Source: Rhizaria sp. SCN 62-66 (lineage: Eukaryota). Taken from it: a stretch of DNA of 64,000 bases. The notes under the pieces are model-generated. The model had not been told where the DNA came from. It saw only the letters and a list, made by a program, of their open reading frames with translations, and searched no databases. Location: positions 1-64,000 of the forward strand of contig MEDY01000022.1 in the NCBI GenBank assembly GCA_001724265.1, written 5' to 3'. The position numbers and the translations under genes are program-made. How positions within the stretch are numbered: the stretch's first letter is position 1; each line of letters begins with the position of its first letter. Of this stretch, positions 1 to 11,727 are shown piece by piece.

Positions 1-213
1 AGGTGTGACATCGTAAGCCGTCAACACGGGCTGGGTGTCGGTCACAATGTTACCGCTGTTCTTGCTCCCCTCAATCTTGGCCTTGGCAGCTGCGTGGTAA
101 TCCGCGTGGCGCTTGGGACGCACATAAATGCCAACAGAATGGCCCGCACGGTGTAGTGCAAGCGCATACGTTACGCCTACCGCGCCGGCGCCGCCGACAA
201 GCAAATGCTTCAT
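1..213 (-). CDS. Ketopantoate reductase (PanE/ApbA)-like NAD(P)-binding protein, N-terminal part; runs off the window start
   Basis: Not in the ORF track because it has no stop in the window. ATG at 213 reads MKHLLVGGAGAVGVTYALALHRAGHSVGIYVRPKRH..., a Rossmann GAGAVG motif followed by L-x-x-AGH-x-V, typical of PanE/ApbA N-termini. Open to position 1. Confidence 0.7.
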   Translation of the reverse strand, partial: MKHLLVGGAGAVGVTYALALHRAGHSVGIYVRPKRHADYHAAAKAKIEGSKNSGNIVTDTQPVLTAYDVTP

Positions 214-859
214 GGCTACACGGACGTAGATATCAAACGAAGAAGATTGTGAAGTTCAAGCTCAAGTGAATCCTGGTTCAGTCGATTTCCGCGTGTAACT
301 GCAGTATAGTGAAATGCAATTTTAGGAAAGTGCATCGGCATATATATTTTACTCGATAAATACATGTTCATCCTTGATGTCGGCCGATTTACGACAGTAA
401 ATGTGGTAAAATTCAGCTCGATCGATGCTGACTGGCCGCACTGCCACACGCTGCAATCCAGAACATCCCCCAGTTTTCTGAAGACATATTCGTCATCTTA
501 AGATCGGAGAGTCAAGTATTTTATGTACTGTACTAGGACAATTCAAGGTACGATATGTTTACAGCTTGAGCTGGTCCTTCTAAAGAGGATTGTCGCCTAA
601 ACAGCTAACTCCAGCAACCACCACAAGCTACTTTTGAGTGACAAACAGACATGCAACGTATAAAAAAGCTTTGAGATTGAAAAGGAAGCTTTGTATGGCA
701 TTATCGGCGCCTACACTCACGGGTAGACGCATTTGCACTTGATATAGAACAAAAAAGAAAGAAATATAAAAAGCAAGACGAAAAACAACAAACTATACGT
801 AGATTGAAACACAAATCACAACAAGGAAGCAAACGCGTGGTACTCCTGCCCGGCTGGGC

Positions 860-3606
860 TTAGAACACCTCCTCGGGCGGCGCGACGACCTTCTTGCGGG
901 GCATCTTGGGCGGCTTCATGGGCCCCTTCTCCTTTGCGGGCGCGACCGCGAGGACCTTGGCCGAGACGAGGGGCGCGAGGTGCGCCTTGGCCATCACGGC
1001 GGGCTGCACCAGCGTGTCCTCCGTGGGCAGCACCAGCACCTTATTGAAGGCCGCGTAGTGCTCCAGCACCGGCGCGGCCTGCTCAGCAAACGCCTTGATC
1101 GACGCGAGCTGCTGCTCGCGAGGTGCCTGAGGGGAAATAAAAAGAAATGAGCGAAAATGAGGAGAACGAAGTGAGAAACATGTACGATAATAGAAACAAT
1201 ACATAAGCCGTCAAGATCGAAAAAAAGAATGCTTACAGTGCAGGTGTACTCAAATTATGTAATATTAAAAGGACTATCGTGAGACATCTCGCCTTTAGCA
1301 AGAAGACGTACCTGTGAGGACTGCGTGGCGACGAGACGCGTGAGCGCGGCGTCGTCGCTGCACGCGAACGACAGCACGGCCGCGGGGGCGTCGAGCGCCT
1401 GCTCGAACGCGAACGCGTCGTCGAGCGACAGCGGGAACTGCGCCAGCAGCACCGCGCGCGACACACGCACAGTCGCAGCGCCAGTCTTGCCGCCGTTGGC
1501 GGTGTTGTTGTTGGGGACGACGGACTGGCTCTGCAGGATGGCCTGCTGGATCAGCGTGACGACGATGTGCGAGGGCGCGGGCCGGCCCAGCTCACGGTGA
1601 CGCTTGAGCACGCGCCCGCACTCAGTGTGCTGGTCCACCGCGGCCGCCAGCAGCGTCGGCACGTGGATCACGTCGAGGGAGAGCGAGTGTCCCAGCGCCT
1701 CCACGAGCAGGTCCTGGCCCGAGCCGGGACCGCCGATCGACCACAGGATCTTGGGCTTCTTGGCCGAGGCCTTGACCGACACCACCGGCGCCGCGGCCCA
1801 GGGGTCCACCACGACCATGCCCGCGTCGGCCGCGCCGCCCGCGCCGGAGCTGCTAGCGCTGGCGCTGGCGCTGGCGGTGACGCCGACGACGTCGGTGTGG
1901 CTCTTCTGCGGACGCACGGTCACCACGACGCCCTGAGAGGTCGCGGCGGCCTGCGGGAGCCGGCTGCTGCCCGCGGCGGCCGCAGCGGCCTTGGTGCCGG
2001 CGCCGGAGACTGCGACGGCGCCCGCGCGGCCCGTGGCGGCGCGCGGGAGCAGCGCGGGCTGCACTGTCACGGCGGAGCTGCCACTGACCGTGATTCCGTC
2101 CTCGTTGTCGCCGCCGTCGTCGTCGTCGTCGTCGTCGTCCGCGGGCGCGTGCGTGACGGTCATCTGTGGCTTGTTGGGGTTGTTGCGCAGCAGCCAGTTG
2201 ACGAGCCACATGATGGCGTCGTCGCCGACGGGCTTCACCTTGCACAGCGCGGCCAGTCCTTCGCCCAGCACATCCTTGAGCGACTTGGGCACCTCGGCGC
2301 CGGGCCGCACGGGGCCCGCGCGAGCCGTGAGGATCACCTCCACCTCGTCCGCTGTCGGCACGCGCTCCGCGGCCAGGTGCGGGAAGAAGGCCGCGATGTC
2401 CGCGGCGGCCGCGGCGGCGTCAGCCGAGGCGTCGACGGCGTTGCGCAGCGAGTCAGCGCCGAAGCGCGCGCGCAGCGAGCGCGGGGCAAACTTCTGGCCC
2501 GTTGCGGGGTCCGAGGGGCCGACGAGCGCGCGCAGGGATGCGATCGCGGCGGGCTTGGAGAGCAGCACGGCGATCGAGGGGCCGGAGGACATGTACGACA
2601 GCAGGTCAGCGTAGTAGGGCTGGCCCTTGAGGTGCGCGTAGAGCACTTCGCAGCGCGTCTGTGAGAGGTACACGGTGTCCTGCGCCTGAACCTGGAAGCC
2701 GTGCGCGCGGATGGCGTCGAGCATGTGGTGCGCGTGCGGCGCGCCGTCGGGCTTGATCAGCGCGACGGTGCGCTCCAGCGGGAACGGAGCAGGGAACAGC
2801 GCGGCCGCGTCCGACTGCGCGCGGTCCGCCGAGTCCGAGTTGTAGCAGATGTTGTTGAGCAACGAGGTGCCCAGGCGCGCGCGCAGCGTGTAGGGCGCGT
2901 GCACGCGAGCCTCCTCGGGGTCCTGCGGGCCCAGTAGCAGCTTCAGGTCCGCCACGGCGTTGAGCTTTTCCAGCACCAGCGAGATCGACACCTCGGACGC
3001 AAGCAGGTCCGCCTCGGCGGAGCGGATCGCGGCCTCGGCGGGGTCCAGCGGCGCGGCGGCGGCCGAGGGGGCCGCGTCGGGGTCGGCGGCCGCGGCCTCG
3101 GCGGCGGCGGCGGCGGCGGCGGGCGTGACGGCGCCGACGAGGCTCTGTGCGAGGTCGAGCGGCAGCACGCGCGCGGCCTTGCCCAGGACAACGAAATTGT
3201 TCTCCACGAGCGCGTCGAGCACCGTGGTGAGCGTGTCGGGTGCGTAGCCGGGCTTGACGACGACGACGACACGCTCGAGCAGCGGCGTCGGCGGGAAGAG
3301 CAGCTGCTGGTCGCGCAGCGCCAGGAACTGCGTGTGCGTGTAGTAGAGGTCGTCGAGCTGGGGGAAAATCTGGCGCATGGTGTCGAAGGCCTTTTCGCGC
3401 TTGAGCAGGAGCAGCACGACGGGGCCCATGTAGTACAGCTTGGCCTCAGAGTCGGGCACGTTAAGCTTGGCCACCTGCTCGGGCGTCAGCTGCGCCTTGC
3501 GCTTATCCGCGATCAGGAAGCCCTCCTCGGTGAGAATTTCAATGTTCGAGTCGACCACATCGTTCAACACACCCTGTGCGTTGACGATCGCAACAATGGT
3601 CTCCAT
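860..3606 (-). CDS. Multidomain protein: three NDK-like domains + Dpy-30 motif + C-terminal adenylate-kinase-like domain (NME5/RSP23-like, probably ciliary). Exons 3606-1312 and 1126-860, ~853 aa
   Basis: NDK-like repeats (METIVAIVN..., LERVVVVVKPG...LRARLGTSLLNNICY, LERTVALIKPDG...YMSSGP...SLRARFGADSLRNAVD). Dpy-30 motif VLGEGLAALCKVKP...AIMWLVNWLLRNNP. AK-like KILWSIGGPGSGQ...LLAQFP. A phase-0 intron joins the last exon, which ends in TAA. Start uncertain: an acceptor-like TTTACAG near 3615 may link to an upstream exon starting at ATG 4004. Confidence 0.8.
1127..1311 (-). other. Spliceosomal intron (185 nt)
   Basis: CAG|GTACGT...TCAG|GCA; AT-rich; restores the frame of the AK-like domain. 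Confidence 0.85.
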
Positions 3607-4404
3607 TGCGCGGTCTGTAAACAGGTCCAAAGGCGCAGCACAACGTAACAGCAAAATGGGAGTCAAAGTGGGCGACAAAAATGAGGCAAGTTCGTACGGA
3701 TGCAAGGACTCTGTCAAAAAACACGTTTTAAGAACAGCACTAAACAGCATAACTAGTCTCATAAATGGGTGTCATATATTTCACATGCGGTCAATGGGTG
3801 CAGACGAGCGGGTCAAAGTTGAGATGAAAGAGGAGCCGTTACTAGTCGCGGTGGAACACCCAAACATTTTTCGGCCCCGTCGCGTTCGCTGCTTCCGTCC
3901 GCCGCTCGTCGTTCACCAACGCGCCTAACCCGTTCACCACGAATATTTATCGTCTGATCTGTCAAAACATTGGTTTGGAACCATTGGTGGATTGCATTGT
4001 CCATTTTCTATATGAAAAGCATAATTATATCTTGCAGAAAGTTGTATATGTGTCACGATGACTCCTTAAAATCAGCCGACTGATCACTCAGTTCGCCTGA
4101 CACCTTCTCGGCACGTCCAACCGCTCTCACGATCCTCACTTGATTAAATGTCTGAATATCTCGTGTGATCTTCCACGTGTAGCTTAGCTCAGCGCGGTTG
4201 TACCCCAACACAATCTTGTTGGCGCGTGCTGCCCCACTCTCCCGCCCTTATCCCGCCACCACAGCCGAGGTTGCTCGCTGCTGGTGGACGGACTCTCGGT
4301 AACTCCGGCGCCACCGCCTGCGTCCCTCTATCAGCTCACTCCCCGCGTCACATTATCGTTGCACAACGCTTGCTACGTGCCCGCGCTGTCCCGGGACCCG
4401 GACG

Positions 4405-7400
4405 ATGTCGAACCGTGGCCGCGCCGCCGTCGCTGCGGCTCAGCAGAGTGTCACAACACAACAGATGCAGCTGAGCGCGCGTGATCTGGACTCAACGGCA
4501 GCGACAACTGTTACAGCCGCGAGTTTGGTGTCAACCCCTGCGCCGACGACGGTGACTGGGCTGCTCTCGAGCACTGTGGCGCCTGTCGTCTTTGGCCCTT
4601 CACAAGCGTCAACGTCGCAGACTCAGTCATCAGTCCTGTCGTCTGCTGCGATGTCGTCTGCTGCGACATCCGCATCGAGCAGCACTGCTTATCACGGCGA
4701 CACGAGCCGCGACGCTGTTACAGACTATGGCGATCAACGCAGCGACGAGAATAGCGACAACAATGCCTCTGCTGACGACGACGATGACGACGAGCTGATT
4801 ACGTCGCCAACGCCTATCCTCGTCAACCCCTACTCCGTGCTCGCCTCCGGCGCACCGCTCATCACAGTCACCTCCACGCTGAACTCTGCGACGACGATCA
4901 ACCCGCTGACGGGGGCAGCTGCAGCTGCGGCGGCGTATAATCCCATGAACAGCAGCCCCGCAGCGCAGAGGCTGCTGCCTCTGTCCGCATCGGCGTTGTC
5001 TGCGTCTGTGGGGGGTCGAGGGGCTTTGGCGCAGAAGACGGCCGTGGCTGCAGCGGCAGCGGCGGCGGCTGCGTTGGCAAACAGCAGACAGCGCCTTTTG
5101 CTGCCATCAGCTGGGGCAGCGGCGAACGCAGTCAACGATAGTGATCTGAATGAAGATGTATTGTCTGCATCAAATGAAAGATCGGAGTCGCAGTCTCAGT
5201 CTCATGTTCAAGCACGTATCACAGAGGGCAAGAGCAGCACCAGAAGCAGTCTTAGCAGTGACAACAATGACGATAACAGTAATCCCGGCAAGCTCGCGTT
5301 GGTCACTTCTACTCGTTCGTCGGCAGCACAGAACACCACCGAGAGCCACAGGAACAGCAACAGCAGCAGTCTCATGAACGACGGCCCTGACGCCAACGCT
5401 GCCGACGCCAACGACAGCGACGATGACGAAGACTGCGAGCGCCACGTCCTGCGCCGCCTGCCGTCGCCGTCGCGGCAGCCGCTGCGGCCCGCCATCCGCC
5501 CCCTGACGCCCGCGGCGGCGCTGGCATTGCGCCACCGCATCGCGCCCGCGGCCGCTCACCCGGCGCTCGTGGCGCGCGCCAACTACTCGCGGTCGGGCGA
5601 CTCTGACCCGCTGGCGGAGCTGGCGCGCGTGAGCAGGCTCGCCGCAGAGGAGGAGGCCGCGGCGCTCTCGCTCGTCAGCTCCAACGCCAGTCTTATCATC
5701 GGCGCGGGCGCAAGCACGGGCGCTGCCATTGGGGCTGCTAATGTAACGAGTGGTGGTGGCGGGCTTATGGCGATGCTGAATGCGGCTGCGGGTGGCTCTG
5801 GTAGCAGTTTCATCACGGGTGGTGTCCCTTTTATGGGTTCGCCGAGCAACGCCAACGCGGCCGGCTCGGGTGGCAATATGGGCGCTGGTGGCAACACCAG
5901 CGGTGTCGGCGCGGTCGCCGTCGCTGCCGCCGTTGCCGCCGCGGTCGCTGCAGCGGCCAATGCCGGCGTCAGCACCAGCTTCTTCTCGTCGCCAACGAAC
6001 GCGAGCAGCAGCAGCATCAGCAGCAGCAGTAGTGCCGCGGGTGTAGGTGTTAACGCGACGCCGACGACTTACAGCGGCAACGCCGGGAGCCGTGGTTTTG
6101 TGAACATATTCGCCTGTGTCGGAAACAGCAGCATGGACACACCCACAAAGTCTCACGTATCTGCGTCTGCTGCTTCTGTCGCTGCTTCCGTTGCTGCTGC
6201 CTCTGCTGCTGCATCTGCGTTGTCTCGGTCGCAGAGCGCGCGCGTGCCGCTGTCGCGGAGGCCGCTTACGATGACGCCGCCGCGCAGCAACGTGAACACC
6301 AGCAATAACCTGGCAGTTGACCACCTCGCGGCAACCTCTGCGTCGGCTTTCGCTCTAACAGCAACAACAAACGAGAACGTGGGCAACACCGACAGTAGTG
6401 ACAGCGCCTCGGCAGCATCTCCGCCTGAAACAACAGCACTCCTGAACACTGACGCGAGCAACAGCAACGACGACGACAGCAACAGCAGCAGCAGCAGCAG
6501 CAACAGCCGCAACAGCAGCAGCTATGCGATGTCCGACACCGACAGTAGCGGCGCCGCTGCTAGCGTCGCGCACGGTGCGATTGCGCTGGTATCGCTCGCG
6601 GGCGGCGCGGGCGCTGCGGGCCGGCGCGCGCGCGCTGCGCTGATGAAGGAGTCCCCGCTTGCGCGCACCAGCAGCGCGGCGGTCGCGGCGGCGGCGCTGG
6701 GGCTCGGGTTGGGGCAAGGCGCTGGCTCGACTCCGACCGCGGCCGCTGCGACTACAACGGCAGCGACAGGGTTGTTGGGGACGCCGACGAATGTCTTCAG
6801 CAACAGTGCCGAGCTGAGTCACGCCAGGCCTGGTCCAGCTGTGCCGCTGCTCTTTGCGCCCTCCACGCAGCAGCAACATCAGCAACAGCTCAGCACAATG
6901 ATTACGCCAACGCGCGGAGGCCGGTCGACCCAGGCGACGCCGACGTCAGCGCTGACGGCGGCGACCTCCGCTGCGGCTGCTGCTGCCTCTGTCCCGCTGC
7001 CTTTTCTCAACTCGCTCAACAGCTTCGGCAGCCCCCAAACAACATCTGCGCCCACTATGACGACGCCCAGCGCTGTCGTTAACACAAACGTCGTGTTTTT
7101 GTCCGGAGTCGCTGCGACGCCGACGAACACCGGCGGCATCAGGGGTAGCGGGATCTCAGTGCCGCTCTTCTCACCGGCCTCGGGCCGCGAGAGCACCGTG
7201 AACACGGCCAGCACGAGTGCTGCTCTCGGCACCGCTGTGCTGTCGCCCGGTGTGCCCTCGCTGACGTCGACGCCGGTGGCAGCGCTGCCGACGCCGGCCA
7301 ACTCGGCCCCGGTCTCCGTCTCGCGCACCAGCTCCGTCGCTGGGGACGCGGGCTTGAGTGGCGTAAACAGCAGCGCTAGTGTGACATCCGTCGGTGTTGG

Positions 7401-8766
7401 CAGTGGCCATGTGCGGCGCACAGCATCTGGCAATGGGATTGCTGTGCCGACACTGGAGGCGCAGACGTCACAGTCGCTGATGTTGCAACAGCCGCAAATG
7501 CATAGGCAGACGCGCGCGCGCACTCCTGCTGCTGCTGCGGCTGCCGCGGCGGCGGCGGCGGCGGCGGCGGCGACGGCTGCTGCTGCCGCTACGAAAGCAA
7601 CAACTACGCCAACGCGCTATGCTTCTGAGAGCAGCAATGGCGTGACGGCAAATGAAGACGACTCGAGCGTGACTGGTAGCGGCAAGCGTCGTCGCGTTAG
7701 CACGATCAGCTCTAGCCTCAGCGCGCCTGATCTCAACGCGAATGCGTCCGCTTCTGTCGGTGCGTCGACAGTCAATAGCCAGTCGCTGTTCGTATCCCCC
7801 GCCCGTGGCACTGCAGCAGGCGGCCTGACTTCTGGTGCGAACGCTACCGTGACCTTGAACGTCAAAGGCTCTGGTGAAGCTGATGTTCAGCTCCCGAGCC
7901 CTAATTCGAGCGCGAGCGCAGAAGCGAGTGCGAACGGCAGCAACAACACTCGCGGTGTCTCGACTACCGCAGGCGCAGTGCCCGATCTCACTGCAAATGC
8001 AATGAGTGACGCTGTGAACGACGCAAGCTCATCTTCAGCGAGTTATACTGTGAGTGCGAGTGCTGGCGGTATAAACAGTACGCCGTTGTCCCGCTCCGAC
8101 ACAATGCCTATTCCCCTCGCAGTCTCAATCTCGCCGCCACCCCAGGCCACCGCGCCCGCGGCGTCGCGCTCCGGGGGCCGCTCGGTGCGCTTTGACATGA
8201 CGCTTAACGAAGTGTTCTACGTCTCTAGCACCTCTTGGAGCGCCAATCCTTTGATCAATGTCACCGTTCCTAGCGCTGTTGCCGGTGCGACATCTCGAAC
8301 CATTGCAGATCCTGCTGCGCCAATTGTTGCTGACTCGGGTGTGTCAACGCTGCGCCCGCCTGTCACGGCATCCGTCGCACACTTCGCGTCGCTTTCAACC
8401 ACGGCAACAACAGCGGCGCCCGGCGAAGAGCGCGAGTGCGTGATGACGGCGTCGCTGTCGCGGGACGCGGCGCGGTCTGACCCGTCGACGTCGCCGCTGC
8501 TGGCCGCGCTGCGGGCCACGGGCACGGGCGTGGCTGCAGCGGCAACCGCGAATATCAGGAACAAGATCAACAACAGCGACGGCAAGAGCAGCATGGGCAG
8601 CCCAACTGCGACTCAAAGTGGAGGCAATTCTAGTAATACTGCTGGTGATGGCACAGTGAGTTCCCTCGATCTCATTGCGACTGAGACAGAACTCGCCGGG
8701 TCATCTGCGCCTAGCGTGAGCAGCAGTGCTTCTAGATCGCGGGGAGCAGCCGCCGTTGCCGCAGCC

Positions 8767-8832
<66 letters not shown>

Positions 8833-11316
8833 GCCACGGTTGCAACTGCGGCGGCTGAGAGCGCAGCAGCAACAAAGCCTGTGAGTGTTGAATCAAGCGA
8901 AAGCAGAGGCAGCGCTGGCCAGTTGGCCAACGCAGCAGTCGCGTCATTTCCGCCGTATCCAGCAGCATCGGCAGCAGCGCAGGCCGCTGCGACGGAGAGC
9001 GGCGACGCTGCCAGTATGCGGTCGTCGTCGGCGCCGGCGTCTCCGCTGCGCTCGCCGCCGCCGCTGCCCGCACCCTCGCGGCCCATGCCTGCCTCGGTAT
9101 CGTCGCCCTCACGCGCGCTCTCGTTCGGCGCATCGCCTTTCGCTGCGGTCCCCAACACCGCTAACGTTAACTCGAACAGCGTCTCTGGTGCGAATGGGCT
9201 CGCCCGTGCCGCCTCTGCTGCCGCTGCTACCGCTGCTCAGCCGGTCAGCAGCCCCACCAGCGGCGCCGAGGCCGTTGAAGTTACACCGAACTTCCGCCCC
9301 GTGTCGCCGGCCATCTTCCTCCGCCGCGCGCGCCAGATGTCGTTCGTGCAGCGCCCGCGCGTGGTTATTGCGCTGTCATCGTTCAACCGCCACTACGGCC
9401 ACCTGTCCGCGCACGACAACACACCCACGCCATTCATCGACTACGCCGACAACGATACGCGCGGCGCAGGCAGCAGCACGGGCGTGAGCCGCACTGCAAC
9501 GGGTGCGCACAGCGGCGGCACTGCTGACGAGTCTGTCGCAGGACAGGGACGCGTTGGACTAACGCGTTCTACGAGCATCAATCTCGGGAACGCGCGCAGC
9601 AGTGATTATTGCAGTAGCAGCAGCAACGCTGGGCCAGTTTCTTCGGCGGCCTTGCTTACGACTGCTGCCACGCCGCCCCCGTACGGAGCTGTCTCTGTGC
9701 CGCTGCAACTGCGTCCGCAGTCGCCCAAACCTGTTGATAAAGCGGCGCCGCGCAGTCCTGTCCGTGTCAACAGCAGCAGCTCCAGCACGCAGTCGCTTGC
9801 TGCGAGTCCCGCTCGCGCCCGCAAGCAAGCACTTGCAGCCTCTCGTTTATGTGACCTCAACTCTGACGCCAGTGCCACTGCTGGCACCGGTGGAGCGAGT
9901 CCGCGCGCGAGTGTGATGGATGCCAGTGCCAGTGCCAGTGCGGCGCTCAGTGCGCCGGCCCCGCGCCGCTCTGCGCGGACCGGTGTCGGAGCGCTTATGC
10001 CGCGGCGCAATGGGAGCGACCTCGACTCGTTCCCTGACCCCGCTGCTTTGCTTGCGGCGTCCGTCGGCCGGTATGCGAGCGAGCCGCTTTCGCCGTCTCG
10101 CTCGACTGTCAATACAAACACGGGCAACAGCAATAGCAGTACCAGTGGCAATGGCAACAATGTCAGTCAGACGAATGGTGGAACCTCTGCAGCGACTGTG
10201 GGTAATGCGGAAGACGATGGCGGCGACTCAACACCTGTTATAACGCGCTCTCGTGACGCGGTTAGCGGCGACGGCAACACCGCACGCGCGAAACTTGTAT
10301 TCTCTGATGCTGACCATGGTGGTAACACAAAGAGTGCGACTGCTACTGCTGCAACTGAGAACGCTGCATCAACGGGCCCTACACCCTCGCCGTACCGCAT
10401 GCGTCTGTTCCAGTCTGCATCGTTCACTCTCGGCTCGACGACCGCGCCTCCTCTGACTGTCTCTGCAACCGCATCAACCTCGTCTTCATCGTCGTCATCG
10501 TTGCCGCTATTATTTGGACAGTCTCAGTCTTCATTGATTGCAGCTGCGCCATCGTCAGCATCGATGCCGCTGTTTCTGTCGTCCTCGTCGTCGATGTCCC
10601 CGGCCTCTGTCAAGATGTTCCTGCTGGGAGGCAACGCCGGTGTCGCCACCAGCAGTCTGGGCAACGGTTTCGGAGGTGTGCGGACACCGCCAGCGTGCAT
10701 GGTAAGCTTGGGCAGCATGAGCAGCGCGAGCAAGAAGGTCCCCGTCCCCATGATCGACAATGATAACGACGCTGACGACTACAACGACACGGATGACGCG
10801 GGAAACAACAGCAACAGCAGCAGTGAAAGCATGGGTGACAAAGGCGATGGACGCCTTCCTAGAAAGGATGTTGGTGACGACTAGACTGAAAGCAAGAGCT
10901 GCGGGGTTGTGACTGCCGCTATGGATGATCACGATGATCAAGACTATGCCTCAAGTCGCTTCACAGCAGTCGGCAAATCTGCCGTGCTTTCGTCGCCGCC
11001 GCCCTTGCAGAGCGTGAACACGCTGATCTCGCCGCTCGCTCTTGCGTCACCTGTCTCTGTGCCCTCAACTGCAGCAGCAGCAGCAGCAATGTCAGCAGCG
11101 ACAATGACAACTCCCTCGGCGCCGAATACGTCCTACGACAAGGGCGTACAAAAGAAGTTCAGTGGCCCCGCCGGTCGTGCCGCTGCCGCAGTCGCTGCCG
11201 CTGCAGCAGAAGCAGCCGCAACGTCCGCAGCGTCGACTGCAGCAGCAACTGATACTGCCACTGTCGGTGTCATCAGCAATATCGGCAAGGACGTCGGCGA
11301 CGATCGGCGTCCTTAA
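4405..11316 (+). CDS. Large low-complexity Ser/Ala/Thr/Asn-rich, probably disordered protein (~2303 aa if the in-frame TAG at 10882-10884 is read as sense)
   Basis: The 2159-codon ORF continues in the same frame after one TAG for 143 more codons of similar composition to TAA at 11314-11316, after which the DNA turns AT-rich. Contains an RVxF-like motif (RSVRF). No globular family recognised. Confidence 0.7.
8770..8823 (+). repeat. (GCT)18 trinucleotide repeat encoding poly-Ala
   Basis: Perfect GCT run read directly from the sequence. Confidence 0.95.
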
Positions 11317-11727
11317 ACACGTGTACAGCTTGAAATAGTTAAATTATTTTGCTACCTAGAACTCCCCCAATACAGCTTTGATTCTTTATCGCGTGTTCAT
11401 GTGAATCAACAATACCAGCCTATCAATCGTTCACATATTTTGATTCATAATTGTTTTGTAAATATCATTTCTGGCGTTTTATATTTTTCATACTCAAACA
11501 TTTGGCACAGATAATGAAAATGAGGAAAAACGAAAACATAGTGAATAATGTTCAATTTTGTATTTCACGTAAAGAGATTTAATATTTAAATGCATAAATA
11601 GACAAGCAAACAATATCATAATATTTCTCTCCAATCCCTCAATATATCCCGTCAAAAGTTCACATAATGATAAAAACAAAGTTGGTATAAACCTCCTTCA
11701 GCCTAGTTTTTGTTTTGACTGACTTGC

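Noticed and set aside
3607-3762. N-terminal extension MRLVMLFSAVLK... of the NDK ORF (likewise the 5' ends of ORFs 860-1204, 16373-16981 and 48069-50165)
   Set aside because: AT-rich intron/UTR-like sequence ending in acceptor-like YAG, fortuitously open.
10909-11316. Separate small gene downstream of the 2159-aa ORF (likewise 58321-59739)
   Set aside because: They start at non-ATG codons, have no AT-rich spacer or promoter room, and are in frame with the upstream ORF across a single TAG; better read as continuations.
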